A DNA stretch of 64,000 bases from Octopus vulgaris (lineage: Eukaryota): assembly GCA_951406725.2 (NCBI GenBank), contig OX597825.1, positions 58,900,001 to 58,964,000 of the forward strand. Reading direction: 5' to 3'. Below the pieces are notes generated by a model. The model was not told where the DNA came from. It made no database searches and was given only the letters and a program-made list of their open reading frames with translations. This document shows, piece by piece, positions 53,331 through 63,847 of the stretch. Made by a program: the position numbers and the translations under genes. The first letter of the stretch is position 1. Every line of letters begins with the position of its first letter.

Positions 53331-54647
53331 TGCATGCATATAGACATAGGGGTGGCTGTGTGGTAAGTAGCTTGCTTACCAACCACATGATCCTGGGTTC
53401 AGTCCCACTGCGTGGCACCTTGGGCAAGTGTCTTCTACTATAGCCTTGGCCCGACCAAAGCCTTGTGAGATGGAAACTGAAAGAAGCCTGTCATATATAT
53501 GTATGTGTGTTTGTGTGTCTGCGTTTGTCCTCCCAACATCGCTTGACAACCGATGCTGGTGTGTTTACGTCCCTGTAACTTAGTGGTTCAGCAAAAGAGA
53601 CCGATAGAATAAGTACCAGGCTTCCAAAGAATAAGTCCTGGGGTTAATGTGCTCGACTAAAGGTGGTGCTCCAGCATGGTCACAGTCAAATGACTGAAAC
53701 AAGTATGTACAAACACTATTAAAGCTTGTTTTTATGTCAAGTTATATATGAAAACAATTTAACATTTAACCGAAAGATTATTCAATACTTTTCAGTAGAG
53801 TACAAGTTTATTAAATTTTATAAGGAAAAGGCTGGCATTGACACCAACACTAGTTGCCAAGTGGTGGTAGGGGACAAACACATACACAAAGACAAACACA
53901 CACATCCACAAACACATGATGAGCTTCTTTCAGTTTCCATCTACCAAATCCACTTGCAAATCTTTGGTCAACCTGAGGCTATTGTAGAATATACTTGCCC
54001 AAGGTGCGACGTACTGGGAATGAACCTGAAACCATGTGGTTGGGGAGCAAACTTCTTACCACACAGCCACAGCTGTGCAGAAAGTATATTGACAATGTTA
54101 TTTTGTCTTATCTAGGTTTTTTTTTTTTACTTCCTCTCTCTGCAGCACACCCTTTTTTGGTCTTAATCATGCTACACTGATGAAAATAATATAACTTACT
54201 GTTTACGAAGCACTGAGGCTTAAGTGGTAAAACTACTATGGTACCAAGTATTGGTCAACATATATATTGCCTCAATAATATTTATCAAGTACCTCTTGCA
54301 ATGAAGTCAGACATATTAATGAATGGAACACACTCTACCCCTTACAAACTTAACCACACTGAAAGTATCCCCTCCAATTACTGCTATCGCCCCCGCCACA
54401 ACATACAACACGCCCACTTATCTCATTTCAGTATATATTGATCTCTATCTTGTTTTCTTTTCTTTTTTCCAGGTGTTTTCTTTTTTTTTAGTAAGGAAAA
54501 AAAAATCATTTTATTTGTAGTTTCCTTTTGTTAGATTTTGCTTTTAGTAGTTTAAATATGTGTGTGTGTGTGTGTGAGCAAAATAGTATGTATGTATATG
54601 CTTTGAGTGCTTATTTATGGGTATGTGCACACACAATTCATATATGC

Positions 54648-54690
<43 letters not shown>

Positions 54691-54820
54691 ATTAAATAGA
54701 GAGAGATTCAGACATTCCACACCTGTGTATATAAGCACGTATAATATAAGCATACGTATTTCTATGTAAATATATATATATATATATGTGAGTATATATA
54801 CATACATATATCACCATCAC

Positions 54821-54861
<41 letters not shown>

Positions 54862-55387
54862 ATCGTATGTGTGTGTGTTTATATATATATATATATATAT
54901 CATCATCATCATCATATACATGTGTGTGTATATATACATATCCGATCGTGGCCGTGCCAGCCTTGCCTGGCCTCCGTGCCAGTGGCACGTAAAAAGCACC
55001 ACCCGAGTGTGGCCGTTCGCCAGCCTCGTCTGGCACCTGTGTCGGTGGCACATAAAAAGCACCCACTACACTCACGGAGTGGTTGGCATTAGGAAGGGCA
55101 TCCAGCTGTAGAAACACCGCCAGATATGACTGGCTTGGTGCAGCCTTCGGGCTTCCCAGACCCCAGTTGAATCGTCCAACCCATGCTAGCATGGAAAGCA
55201 GACGTTAAACGATGATGATGATAATGATGATATCATATACGTGAGTGTGTATATATATATATAGATATAGATATATTTAGTTAAACATCCATACAAGTAC
55301 TTATAAACATCTATTTATATGAACATAAGTATAGAAATATACATACATACACACTCTTAAAGAAATATTTATCCACATACATATAGA

Positions 55388-55425
<38 letters not shown>

Positions 55426-58400
55426 CAAGCAAAAACACATTATCTTACATCCAGCAATTATCCAAAAGTGACTGGGTGGTGTTGGGGGGTGGGGGTGAAA
55501 TAGAAGAAAAACTAGTTTATAATTTTTGAATTTTTTCTTTCCTTTTGGCTTTTATTCAATAACTAATTATATACAAATACATATATATTTATATATACTC
55601 ACATACACGTGCGGATGTGTTTGTATAGGAAAAGAAACACATGTAAAATAATGGTGATGATGATGATGATGTTACAGGAATGTCTGTGTGTCTGTCTGTC
55701 TGTGTATATATATATATGACTGTGTGGTAAGAAGCTTGCTTCCTAGCCACAGGTTTCTGGGTTTAGTCCCACTGTGTGGCACCTTGGGCAAGTGTCTCCT
55801 AGTAAAGTGCCAGGCCAACCAAGCCTTGTGTGTGGGTTTGATAGATGATCCATCCGTTATGTGTGTTTGAGTGTGTGTCTGTGTTTGTTCTCCATCACTG
55901 CTTGACAACCAGTGTTGGTTTGTTTATGTCCCTGTAACTTAGTGGTTTGGCATAAGGGACCAATAGAATAAGCATTAGGGTTTAAAATAAGTGCTGGTGT
56001 CAAATTGGTTGACTAAAATTTGAATTTGGGAGATGAATGACAGTAAGAATAATAAGATGGATGTGTGTTTTAGAGGTGAAGAGTGCTGAGTAGAGAATTC
56101 AGTAGAGGGTTATTTGAGGAAGAGAAGGAGACAGTGAGGAATAGAGGGATGGAGAGAGAGGGGAGAGAGGAGAGAGAGAGAACAGGAGAGAGAGGAGAGA
56201 GAGAAAGATGGAGACGAGCTAAAGGAACAAATTATCATGTCGGCCAATGATTGAAATATATTTTGTCAGCTAATCTTGTTTTAAACACCTGAACAGCCTT
56301 GTATTTTTTGGATGTGATCTCAGGCAGTGCTTCTCAAAACTATCTGATGTGGTGTACTGGCGTTTCTTTTTTTCCAATGTGCCAGGTTCCAGTAATATTT
56401 CTTAGTAATATTAATTTATACTGGAAACAATATACATGCATATATATATAATGAATATAATAAAAGTTGACAATTTTCTTTATCTTATATTTATTTTGTA
56501 AACAAATAATACAATATTACATAAACATTTTATTATGTTTCTTTCTTTTCTGGAAACTCACTGCATACCAGCACCAGTCCGTGGACCATCACTTTGAGTA
56601 GCACTGATCTAAGGCATTGGTGGATGTAGCAGCTGTATTAGCCACAGCACCATTGCAGATAATGCAGGGAGTTACATAATAGACATGTGTATGAGTACAG
56701 AACATCTGATCTTTGTAAAGAAGCAGATGCAAGTATAGCTGTGAGGATAAGAAGTTTACTTTCCAATCATATGATCAGTGTGGTACCTTGTGCAAATGTC
56801 TTCAAATATAGCCCCTGGTCAACCAAAGCCTTGTGAATGGAAGTCTATTGAAAGTGTGTGTGTGTGTGTGCCTCTATCTGTCTATCTCTTACTCTCTCAA
56901 TATATATATATGTGTGTGTGTGTGTGTGAAAATGGAAGATAGATGAAGACGATAGACACATAAATTAAATCTGAAAAACATTGTTTGCTGAAAAGAAATA
57001 AGTAAAAAGGTAAAAGTGATCCCTTACTTTGTCAACTAAACTAGTTTGAGCATCATGCTGTAGCAACACTTTGACACATTCAGTGTGACCCCGAGCAGCA
57101 GCACAGTGCAGGGCCGTTTCTCCATCCTGTAAAGATAAAGACAGAAGTTTAGAAGAAAGCAATGGTGATTGTTTGTATTTGTTTATATTCTGATTCCTAT
57201 TTGCGCTATATGATGGCAGATACTGATAATTTAGTTTGTTTCGGAGCCACATCTGAACAAATTCAGTAGGACATTTGTCTACCAAAATATAGATTGTAGA
57301 ACACAAACTTACAAGTACCGAGATGTGGTTGTGTGGTTAGAAGTTTGCATCCCAACCACATGACATTGAGTTCAGTCCCACTGTGAGGCACCTTGGGCAA
57401 ATGTCTTCTACTATGGCCTCAGGTCAACCAAAGCCTTGTGAGTGCATTTGGTAGACAGAAACTGAAAGCACATTATGTGCGTGTGCATGTTCTAAATGAA
57501 TGTTACCATCATGCAAAGGGAACTCCCTTTGTTTCCAATATTCTGTGAAAACATGTCTAGTCATGGAGAAATATTACCTTACTTGGAAACAGATGAGGAA
57601 TGGTGATAGGAAGAGCATCTGGCAGTAGAAAATCTGTCTCAGTAGATTCCATCCAACCAATTGTGAGCATCGAAAAAGCAGACATTAAACAATGGGTGCA
57701 CCATTTAATTAATAATGTGGGCTTCATGATCTTGTACTACATTAAACTATGGCAAATGATCTTGAGGGATGTGCTCATATTGTGATTATGTTTCATAAAT
57801 GGATGTCACTGCATAAGAGTCCTCAACAAAGACTCTTAACTCTCAATGGTGCAGAGTTACCTAATCAATGAATAGGTAACTTGTTTAATCCTGGATCAAT
57901 TCTGACCGAGAAAAGCATATAATCAAAGGCATTCCAGCCATAGCCACCAATTCCTCACATGCATTTCATAACAAGGGCTGAACTATCCCATTTATCCATT
58001 TTAAAGATGTTTGGGTGTAATTTAAGAGAGATTTAACTGCTATTTCTAGAAGGGTGAGCAACCACATAAGAGCTCTCTTGTTGAAAGGTGTTATGTATTT
58101 AATACTGTTTTAGTAGTGGTTTGATGTGCAAAATCTTGGGAAGTACCAAATTTGAAAGAAAGTAAAGGTTGATTTTGGGAAGGGCATTTGACTATAGAAT
58201 ACTGCCTCAAGAATTCTTGTCAAACTCATAGAACATAGAAAAACATAGACATAAATATGATAATGGTGATGAAAGCTGAAGTACTTTAAACTGACAAAAT
58301 AAATGTCCTTCAAGAGAATAATGTAGTAGTAGTTGCAAGTTTAATTCTTGGTTGAGTTTAGGAATAAGATCTGAAGATGACTGAAAATAACACTGATTGA

Positions 58401-59406
58401 AACACTGTGTTAAAAACACACCTAAAAAGACAAAAGATACTCCAAAAGCCTTGTGACATCACAGCTTAACTCCAATCATCATTTAATGCCTGTTTTCCAT
58501 GCTGGTTTGGGGTTGGACTATTTGACAGGATCTAATGAGCTGCAGAACTGTGTCAGGCTCAAGTGTTAGCTTTGGCATGGTTTCAATGAACAATATTTAC
58601 AATTGACAGATATTTGTCCTCATCTTGTTTCATGTTAACACAACATTTCGGCTGATATACCCTCCAGCCTTCTTCAGGTGTCTTGGGGAAATTTTGAACC
58701 TGGGTTCTCATTCCTAAGGTATTCTTCGATGTTGTTGTTATTATTATTATTATTGTTCAGGACACTGCTTGGAATCAAACTCAGAATCTTGGGGTTAGTA
58801 GCTTGCACACTTAGCCACTACACCATATGCCCGTGAGCATAGTGGCGTAGTGGTTAAGAGCGTGGGCTACTAACCCCAAGATTCCGAGTTCGATTCCAAG
58901 CAGTGACCTGAACAATAATAATAATAATAATAATAACATCGAAGGATACCTTAGGAACGAGAACCCAGGTTCAAAATTTCCTCAAGACACCTGAAGAAGG
59001 CTGGAGGGTATATCAGCTGAAACATGTTAACAAAAAACAAGATGAGGACAAATATCCGTCGAATGTAAATAATGTACATAATTCCTCATCTCTTAAATAT
59101 AGAACTGTATGATTTCAATGAGTTAGATACCCTACTTAACACATCTCGGGTTTAAAAATATATATATAAAAACAGGAAGCATACCTTGTTCTGGATGTTG
59201 AGTTGTGCTCCAGCTGTGCACAGGGAATATGTTATTGGTAAGAATCCATGCCATGCAGCGTGGTGGAGGGCAGTTTCTTCATGCTGTGAGGAAGAAGACA
59301 GGGACAAAGGTGCACATAAGGAAGAGTGAAGGGAAGAACATGAAAACATCACAGACAGATTCCTGTCACCATTTAATCTGGGTTTGCATGCACCACGCTC
59401 ACAGAA

Positions 59407-59447
<41 letters not shown>

Positions 59448-60204
59448 TATATATATGGAGAGAGGGAGAGAGAGAAAGAAAGAGAGAGATAATGATGCAG
59501 TTAAACAGAAAAATACACTTGGGCTTGATATATAAAAAAAACATACATATATATATATATGGAGAGAGGGAGAGAAAGAGAGAAATAATGATGCAGTTAA
59601 ACAGAGAAATACACTTGGGCTTGTTATATAAAATAAACATACATATATACAAGTAAATATACAAGGGAGTGCTGAAAAGTTCCTTGCTTTGGGTAAAAGA
59701 AAATACAGGAGGATCAGTTAATTATGATTTTAGTCAAAATATTCTCCTCTCAGATTCACACACTTATTGCAGTGGCCCTACAGTTTTTCTAAGCCCCTGT
59801 AAAAGAACTCAGAAGGTTGGGCCTCCAACAAGGCCTTTCGTGCTATCCTTAAAGCAAGGAACTTTCCAGCAGCCCCTTGTATACAGGGATATATATATAT
59901 AGAAAGAGAGAGAAAAGCAAAAACTGTAAATAACCAGAGGATGAACATTCATCTATAAGCATATAGATATTTATTTATTAAGAAAACAGATTTACTTGGG
60001 GAAACAAAAGATACAGAAAACTAAGGGAAGAAAGAAGGTATGTTATTTCAGGTCCGACAGCTATTTCTGGGGGCACAGAATTATGTAATAGTTGTAATGT
60101 TGGGAGATGGAGTGTGCAAAAAGTTAAGAATATGCAAACAAACAGTAGTGGATGTAGATAAGCATTATCATAAATCTGACATCTGCCTTCAGGGTGGTGG
60201 ATAT

Positions 60205-60242
<38 letters not shown>

Positions 60243-60622
60243 ATATAGAGAGGGGGAGAAGAGTAGTTAAAAAAATCCCCCTTTCTATATCTTTATATAT
60301 ATATATATATATATACATACACACACACACAATTTGCTGCTATTGGCCCAACAGGTTAGAAGCGTATTCAACTATGAACGAAGAAGCAGGACTTCTCTCT
60401 CTTATACTATATATATATATATATATATCTGTACATTGGTCAAATGGGATGCTGTTGAGCTGACTGGTTCATGGAGCACCTCTGAGACATCAGAATCAGC
60501 AATGACATCCTGGTCTTGTGTCATTTCCTTTCTACCAGTCATTCATTACAGCAACTGTCTGTGTTTGGATTGTCTTTGCACAGGGGCCATCTGGATTCCG
60601 GCATACATACATATATACACAC

Positions 60623-60680
<58 letters not shown>

Positions 60681-61773
60681 ATATAATTAATACAAACAGC
60701 TAAGTGCAATGTGGTACCATAAAGGAAAAATTCAATGGTCACCAAGTGTGACTAAGGGTGCTGACACACCCACATTGCTGGAAATAAGAGTTAAAATACT
60801 CTTAATGCTGCAGAAAGGGCACAGATATTTGCTGACAGGGTCACCAACTGCCCCCTACCAACTTGAAAATCCTCATAAGTGTGTATGTGTTTGTATCTCT
60901 GTGTCTTGACATTGTATGGTAGTGGTAAATGAGTGCCACTATCAAAGAAGCAGGGTTATTCATTTCCAGTATTCTGCGAGAATGAGTCTGGTCATAGGGG
61001 AAATATTACCTTACTTGGAAACAGGTAAGGATTGGTGACAAGAAGGAAATCCATCTTTAGAAAATTCACCTCAGTAAACACTGATTCATGTGAGTATAGA
61101 AAAATGGATTTTAAATGATAAGGATGTAGTCACAAGCAGATACAAACATGGTTTATTTGGTGCCACCATTCACCCTTGATCCACAGAGGATCCATAACGT
61201 AACATCCACAATGGAAGAAGAGAAGGCTGCATCAGCACCTGGATGGTATGCATTATGGCCTAGAAGACTGGAGCGACATGAAATGGAGTACCTAGTTTAT
61301 GGACACAAGGTTTCACTAGTTCAGGAATTGAACCTATGATCTTATGATTATGAGTTAAACACTCAGCCACAAGGTTACATGTATCCATAGCAGAGAGAGT
61401 AAATCAAGTCTTAATCCACTCAATCTTTCAGAACTAGACACACCCATTAACCACTTGGCTATGTATGATGTCCCTTCCTCCAGGGCAAAGAAAATTTCTT
61501 TAAAATGTAAAATAAAAAATAAAATTGCATTGAAAGAAAATTCTTCAGTGTCACAACAGAAAATTTTGAGGAAAAGGACAAAAATTAAAAATTAAATATA
61601 TTTTTGTGGAGTAACATAGATAATTTGGGGAAAACAAAATTTGGATTGTAATTAAGAAGTGAAAGTATACTTACATTGTCTCTTAAGTTGATGTCTGTGC
61701 CAGAATTACATAGGTATTCTGTGATTTGGTTGTGACCATAGCGAGCAGATACATGCAGTGCTGATTCACCAGC
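28055..61773 (-). CDS. DAPK1: Death-associated protein kinase 1-like (ROCO family), 5'-partial gene model; 13 exons visible (ANK repeats, ROC, COR, death domain)
   Basis: join(61675-61773, 59185-59283, 57028-57126, 52299-52397, 45805-45906, 43523-43621, 41592-41669, 40720-40909, 38181-38288, 36494-36688, 33928-34190, 31079-31267, 28055-29281). All introns are GT-AG and the phases match into one open frame of ~948 aa. Domain order and the C-terminal ...TLSSLSR* match DAPK1. Confidence 0.95.
29333..29741. mobile_element. MITE with GG termini and an 8-bp TSD (Merlin/hAT-like), containing (CCCTAA)3
   Basis: TIR ggatcttttcagtttgaac / gttcaaaccgaaaagatcc; perfect TSD gtcctttc at 29325-29332 and 29742-29749. 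Confidence 0.85.
29742..30930 (-). repeat. Head-to-tail array of 5 SINE-B units in the last DAPK1 intron
   Basis: Units starting near 29743, 29968, 30200, 30424 and 30710. Confidence 0.85.
31079..31267 (-). CDS. DAPK1: DAPK1 exon, start of COR ([11 protein letters not shown]...INPLAGE...LQLIGE)
   Basis: 189 nt, phase 0/0, cag|...|gtaagt. Confidence 0.93.
31455..31850 (-). mobile_element. SINE-A inserted in a piggyBac-type MITE (~31437-32056)
   Basis: Family motifs; the MITE resumes at 31850 and ends ...gaagggttaa. Confidence 0.75.
32245..32675 (-). mobile_element. SINE-A, older copy
   Basis: Family motifs. Confidence 0.75.
33928..34190 (-). CDS. DAPK1: DAPK1 exon, ROC G4 (VILVATHAD) to the end of ROC
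   Basis: 263 nt, phase 1/0, tag|...|gttggt. Confidence 0.93.
34305..34950 (+). mobile_element. Two adjacent tRNA-derived SINEs (34305-34622 and 34669-34950)
   Basis: A box tggcttagtgg / tggcccagtgg, B box gagttcgattcc / ggtttcgattcc; relatives at 7345-7635(-), 7795-8050(+), 16015-16295(-), 20570-20762(-), 61965-62335(+). Confidence 0.8.
35521..35750 (+). mobile_element. SINE-B, apparently young full-length copy
   Basis: ggcggcgagctggcagaaacgttagc head, gagttcaaattcc B box, CpGs retained; other copies at 21520-21750, 46630-46845, 49372-49590. Confidence 0.8.
36494..36688 (-). CDS. DAPK1: DAPK1 exon, ROC G3 ([16 protein letters not shown]...FWLNFVKS)
   Basis: 195 nt, phase 1/1, tag|...|gtaagt. 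Confidence 0.94.
36860..37160 (+). mobile_element. RTE-clade LINE relic
   Basis: [14 protein letters not shown]...[12 protein letters not shown]...VLWNPRHG. Confidence 0.7.
37452..37852 (-). mobile_element. SINE-A, young copy
   Basis: Family motifs, CpGs intact. Confidence 0.8.
38181..38288 (-). CDS. DAPK1: DAPK1 exon, ROC switch I region ([35 protein letters not shown])
   Basis: 108 nt, phase 1/1, cag|...|gtttgt; TKGID ROCO G2 motif; bridges the neighbouring exons in frame. Confidence 0.9.
40235..40567. mobile_element. hAT (Charlie-like) MITE
   Basis: cagtgtttcttaacc / tttgaaaacccttg ends; 8-bp TSD ttttatat. Confidence 0.75.
40720..40909 (-). CDS. DAPK1: DAPK1 exon, start of the ROC domain with P-loop GSTAVGKST
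   Basis: 190 nt, phase 0/1, cag|...|gtttgt; RIKLKILG-x4-GKST. Confidence 0.92.
41592..41669 (-). CDS. DAPK1: DAPK1 exon, terminal ankyrin cap ([26 protein letters not shown])
   Basis: 78 nt, cag|...|gtgagt; resembles the DGKTAEDLA segment of vertebrate DAPK1. Confidence 0.9.
41819..42336. mobile_element. TA-flanked pogo/mariner-type MITE
   Basis: TIR taccataaatcctcgagtata / tatactcgaggttttatggta; sister copy at 47503-48099. Confidence 0.8.
43523..43621 (-). CDS. DAPK1: DAPK1 exon, ankyrin repeat ([33 protein letters not shown])
   Basis: 99 nt, cag|...|gtaaca. Confidence 0.94.
43893..44230 (+). mobile_element. SINE-A
   Basis: Family motifs. Confidence 0.75.
44351..44573. mobile_element. 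piggyBac-type MITE
   Basis: TTAA-ccctttcgttac ... gtaacaaaaggg-TTAA; relatives near 6755-6971, 22232-22440, 32136-32793, 47277-47483. Confidence 0.8.
45805..45906 (-). CDS. DAPK1: DAPK1 exon, ankyrin repeat ([34 protein letters not shown])
   Basis: 102 nt, cag|...|gtcagt. Confidence 0.93.
46218..46618 (+). mobile_element. Possible Helentron/DINE-like non-autonomous element
   Basis: Starts aactagcagtattgcccggtgttgctc and ends acaacttcagctttatatatagaga; the classification is inference. Confidence 0.4.
47503..48099. mobile_element. Same MITE family, with an internal 108-bp tandem duplication
   Basis: TIR taccgtaaatcctcgagtata / tatactcggggatttacggta. Confidence 0.8.
49710..49805. repeat. Telomere-like 20-bp minisatellite (ctaaaaccctaaccctaacc)
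   Basis: 4-5 units of CCCTAA-derived sequence. Confidence 0.8.
50991..51300. repeat. Near-perfect ~150-bp-arm palindrome (foldback) with an A6 loop
   Basis: Arms 50991-51141 and 51148-51300 differ only by a few small indels. Confidence 0.95.
52299..52397 (-). CDS. DAPK1: DAPK1 exon, ankyrin repeat ([33 protein letters not shown])
   Basis: 99 nt, poly-T tract then tag|...|gtaagt; TPLH motif. Confidence 0.93.
52639..52880 (-). mobile_element. RTE-clade LINE 3' relic
   Basis: [35 protein letters not shown]. Confidence 0.7.
53346..54078. mobile_element. Tail-to-tail SINE-A pair (53346-53705 plus, ~53830-54078 minus)
   Basis: Opposite-orientation copies ~125 bp apart. Confidence 0.75.
55717..56015 (+). 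mobile_element. SINE-A, diverged
   Basis: Family motifs. Confidence 0.7.
56325..56606. mobile_element. hAT (Charlie-like) MITE
   Basis: cagtgcttctcaaa / tttgagtagcactg; TSD atctcagg/atctaagg. Confidence 0.8.
57028..57126 (-). CDS. DAPK1: DAPK1 exon, ankyrin repeat ([33 protein letters not shown])
   Basis: 99 nt, cag|...|gtaagg. Confidence 0.94.
58637..58682 (-). ncRNA. Minimal type I hammerhead ribozyme motif (sense within DAPK1 pre-mRNA)
   Basis: GACAC-CTGAAGA-A-GGCTG-GAGGGTATAT-CAGCC-GAAA-TGTT-GTGTT. Confidence 0.65.
58986..59028 (+). ncRNA. Hammerhead motif, damaged at the cleavage site
   Basis: GACAC-CTGAAGA-A-GGCTG...CAGCT-GAAAC-ATGTT (small deletion relative to the other copies). 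Confidence 0.5.
59185..59283 (-). CDS. DAPK1: DAPK1 exon, ankyrin repeat ([33 protein letters not shown])
   Basis: 99 nt, cag|...|gtatgc; the AAWHG repeat typical of DAPK1. Confidence 0.94.
59450..59650. repeat. ~100-bp tandem duplication
   Basis: ataatgatgcagttaaacag..aaatacacttgggcttg occurs twice. Confidence 0.85.
59660..59881. mobile_element. Mariner/Tc1-type MITE
   Basis: TA-caagggagtgctgaaaagttccttgcttt / aaagcaaggaactttccagcagccccttg-TA. Confidence 0.8.
61675..61773 (-). CDS. DAPK1: DAPK1 exon, ankyrin repeat ([33 protein letters not shown])
   Basis: 99 nt, phase 0/0, tag|...|gtaagt; ankyrin consensus; not in the ORF track. Confidence 0.93.
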
Positions 61774-61933
61774 CTAGGGTTAAATAAATATGAAGAGGTT
61801 AAAGAACTTATATATTATATGCATGTATAGTAGCCTGTAATACACCATGGTTTCATAGAGGTTATGGAAAATGACCTTTTGTTAAATCTTAAAAGATCAA
61901 CAGAAATTGTCTCTAAGTATGCGTGTGCATACA

Positions 61934-61964
<31 letters not shown>

Positions 61965-61968
<4 letters not shown>

Positions 61969-62333
61969 GGTGCAATGGCCTGGTGCTTAGGGCAGCAGAC
62001 TCGCAGTCATAGGATCGTGGTTTTGATTCCCAGACCAGGGATTGTGAGTGTTTACTGAGCTAAAACGCCTAAAGCTCTGTGAGGCTCCAGCAGTGGGTGG
62101 TGACAAACCCTGCTGTACTCTTTCACCACGACATTCTCTCACTCTTTCTTCCCGTTTCTGTTGTACTTGTATTTCAAAGGGCCAGCCTTGTGACACACTG
62201 AATCTCCCCAAGAACTACATTAAGGGTACACGCGTTTGTGGAGTTCTCAGCCACTTGCACATTAATTTCACGAGCAGGCTGTTTTGTTGATTGGATCGAC
62301 TGGAACCCTCGTTGTCATAACCGACGGAGTTCC

Positions 62334-62335
<2 letters not shown>
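61965..62335 (+). mobile_element. tRNA-derived SINE inserted in a (TA)n tract
   Basis: Head like the 34669 family, 3' part like the 34305 family; TA runs on both sides. Confidence 0.75.
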
Positions 62336-62368
<33 letters not shown>

Positions 62369-63792
62369 GGGTTACAAAAATAACAATATTTATATATTTA
62401 CTTCTGAATATTTACTCCTTATTAGTATATTGACACTGAAGCTGTTCTGATTTTGGCACAAAACAATTCAGGATGCTGGTAGACTTCAACGTGATGTGTT
62501 GAAAATTTTGTTCAATTGGCAATGCTTGCTGATGAAGGTAAGGCTTTTGCTAGAACAAGAAATCATGATCCAAGTATATCCAAATACCAAAATACATAGC
62601 ATTGGGCTGTATAGGTATGTTAAAAATTCTTTAACCTGTTAGCCTGACCACTGTTGATTTTCTGTCGTATTTTTCAGTGTTATTGGTGGTTTCCAGGCTG
62701 GCCTGAGTTACACACACACACACACAGAGTTTATCAAAAGTTGCTCTATGGTAACAAGTGCTAACAAAAAATAAAGAGGACTTTCAGGTAAATACCATAA
62801 TTTTTATTAAATTAATACATCAAAATTTTCTCTATTTAAATCAAATATTCCCCCAAAACTGTTCATTCTACAGCCAAACAGACTTGTAATCTTTCTGAGT
62901 CTCTGATTGGCAAGTTTTAAGACTTAGATCAGCTGCCAAATGATGGAAGGGATAAAAAAAAATGGCACATATACAGCTGGAACAATTTTGGTAATATGTC
63001 TACAGGATATTATTGAGCAGGGGTTAAACAACAACAGTAATAGACATCAACAGTACTACACGTGAACAAGCAAATACAGATGCCTTGGTTTGTTCACTTA
63101 ACCTGCTAGAAATAACAGCTAAAATCCCCTCAAGATGAAGAAGACATTTGATAATATAGTCTTATCATCATCATTAAATATCTTTTTCTATGCTGGTATG
63201 AGTTGGATGGTTTGACAGGAGCTGGTAAGCTGGAGAGCTGCACCAAGCTCCAGTTATCTGTCCTGGCATGGTTTCTATGGCTGGATGCCCTTCCTAAGAC
63301 CAACCACTTTAAAGAGTGTACTGGGTGCATTTAATGTGGCACCAGCATGGGTGCTTCATATGTGGAACCATCATGGGTGCTTTATAATTGACACCAACAT
63401 GGGTGCCTCATATGTAGCACCAGGATGGGTGCTTTTTATGTGGCACCAGCATGTGGTACGAGCCTACTTTATCTAAATAAAGACAGCAAATTTGTTTGAT
63501 TGTTATAATTCAGCTTGATAGTCATTTGATAATGTTACTGTACAGCTTACATCAGACTACCATCACATTATATGTATGCATGCACATATATGTATGTATA
63601 TATATAAACACACACATATACATCTCTCTCAATGTATATATATGTACGTGTGTGCATATATATATATACATATAAATATAATATGTGACAATTATTCCGA
63701 ATAATTGTCACATATTATATTTACAGATAAATTCCTCTATTTACATAATTTGAGGTCTCTTTCTTTCTTTTGTTATCTTACCATTTTTACCA

Positions 63793-63847
<55 letters not shown>

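Larger units (their letters stand above)
58590..59108. mobile_element. Head-to-head inverted pair of the tRNA/hammerhead element (copy B minus, copy C plus)
   Basis: Symmetry centre ~58833; A box TGGCGTAGTGG 58843-58853; B box GAGTTCGATTCC 58886-58897; TSD-like atggtttcaatga (58577-58589) / atgatttcaatga (59109-59121). Confidence 0.8.
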
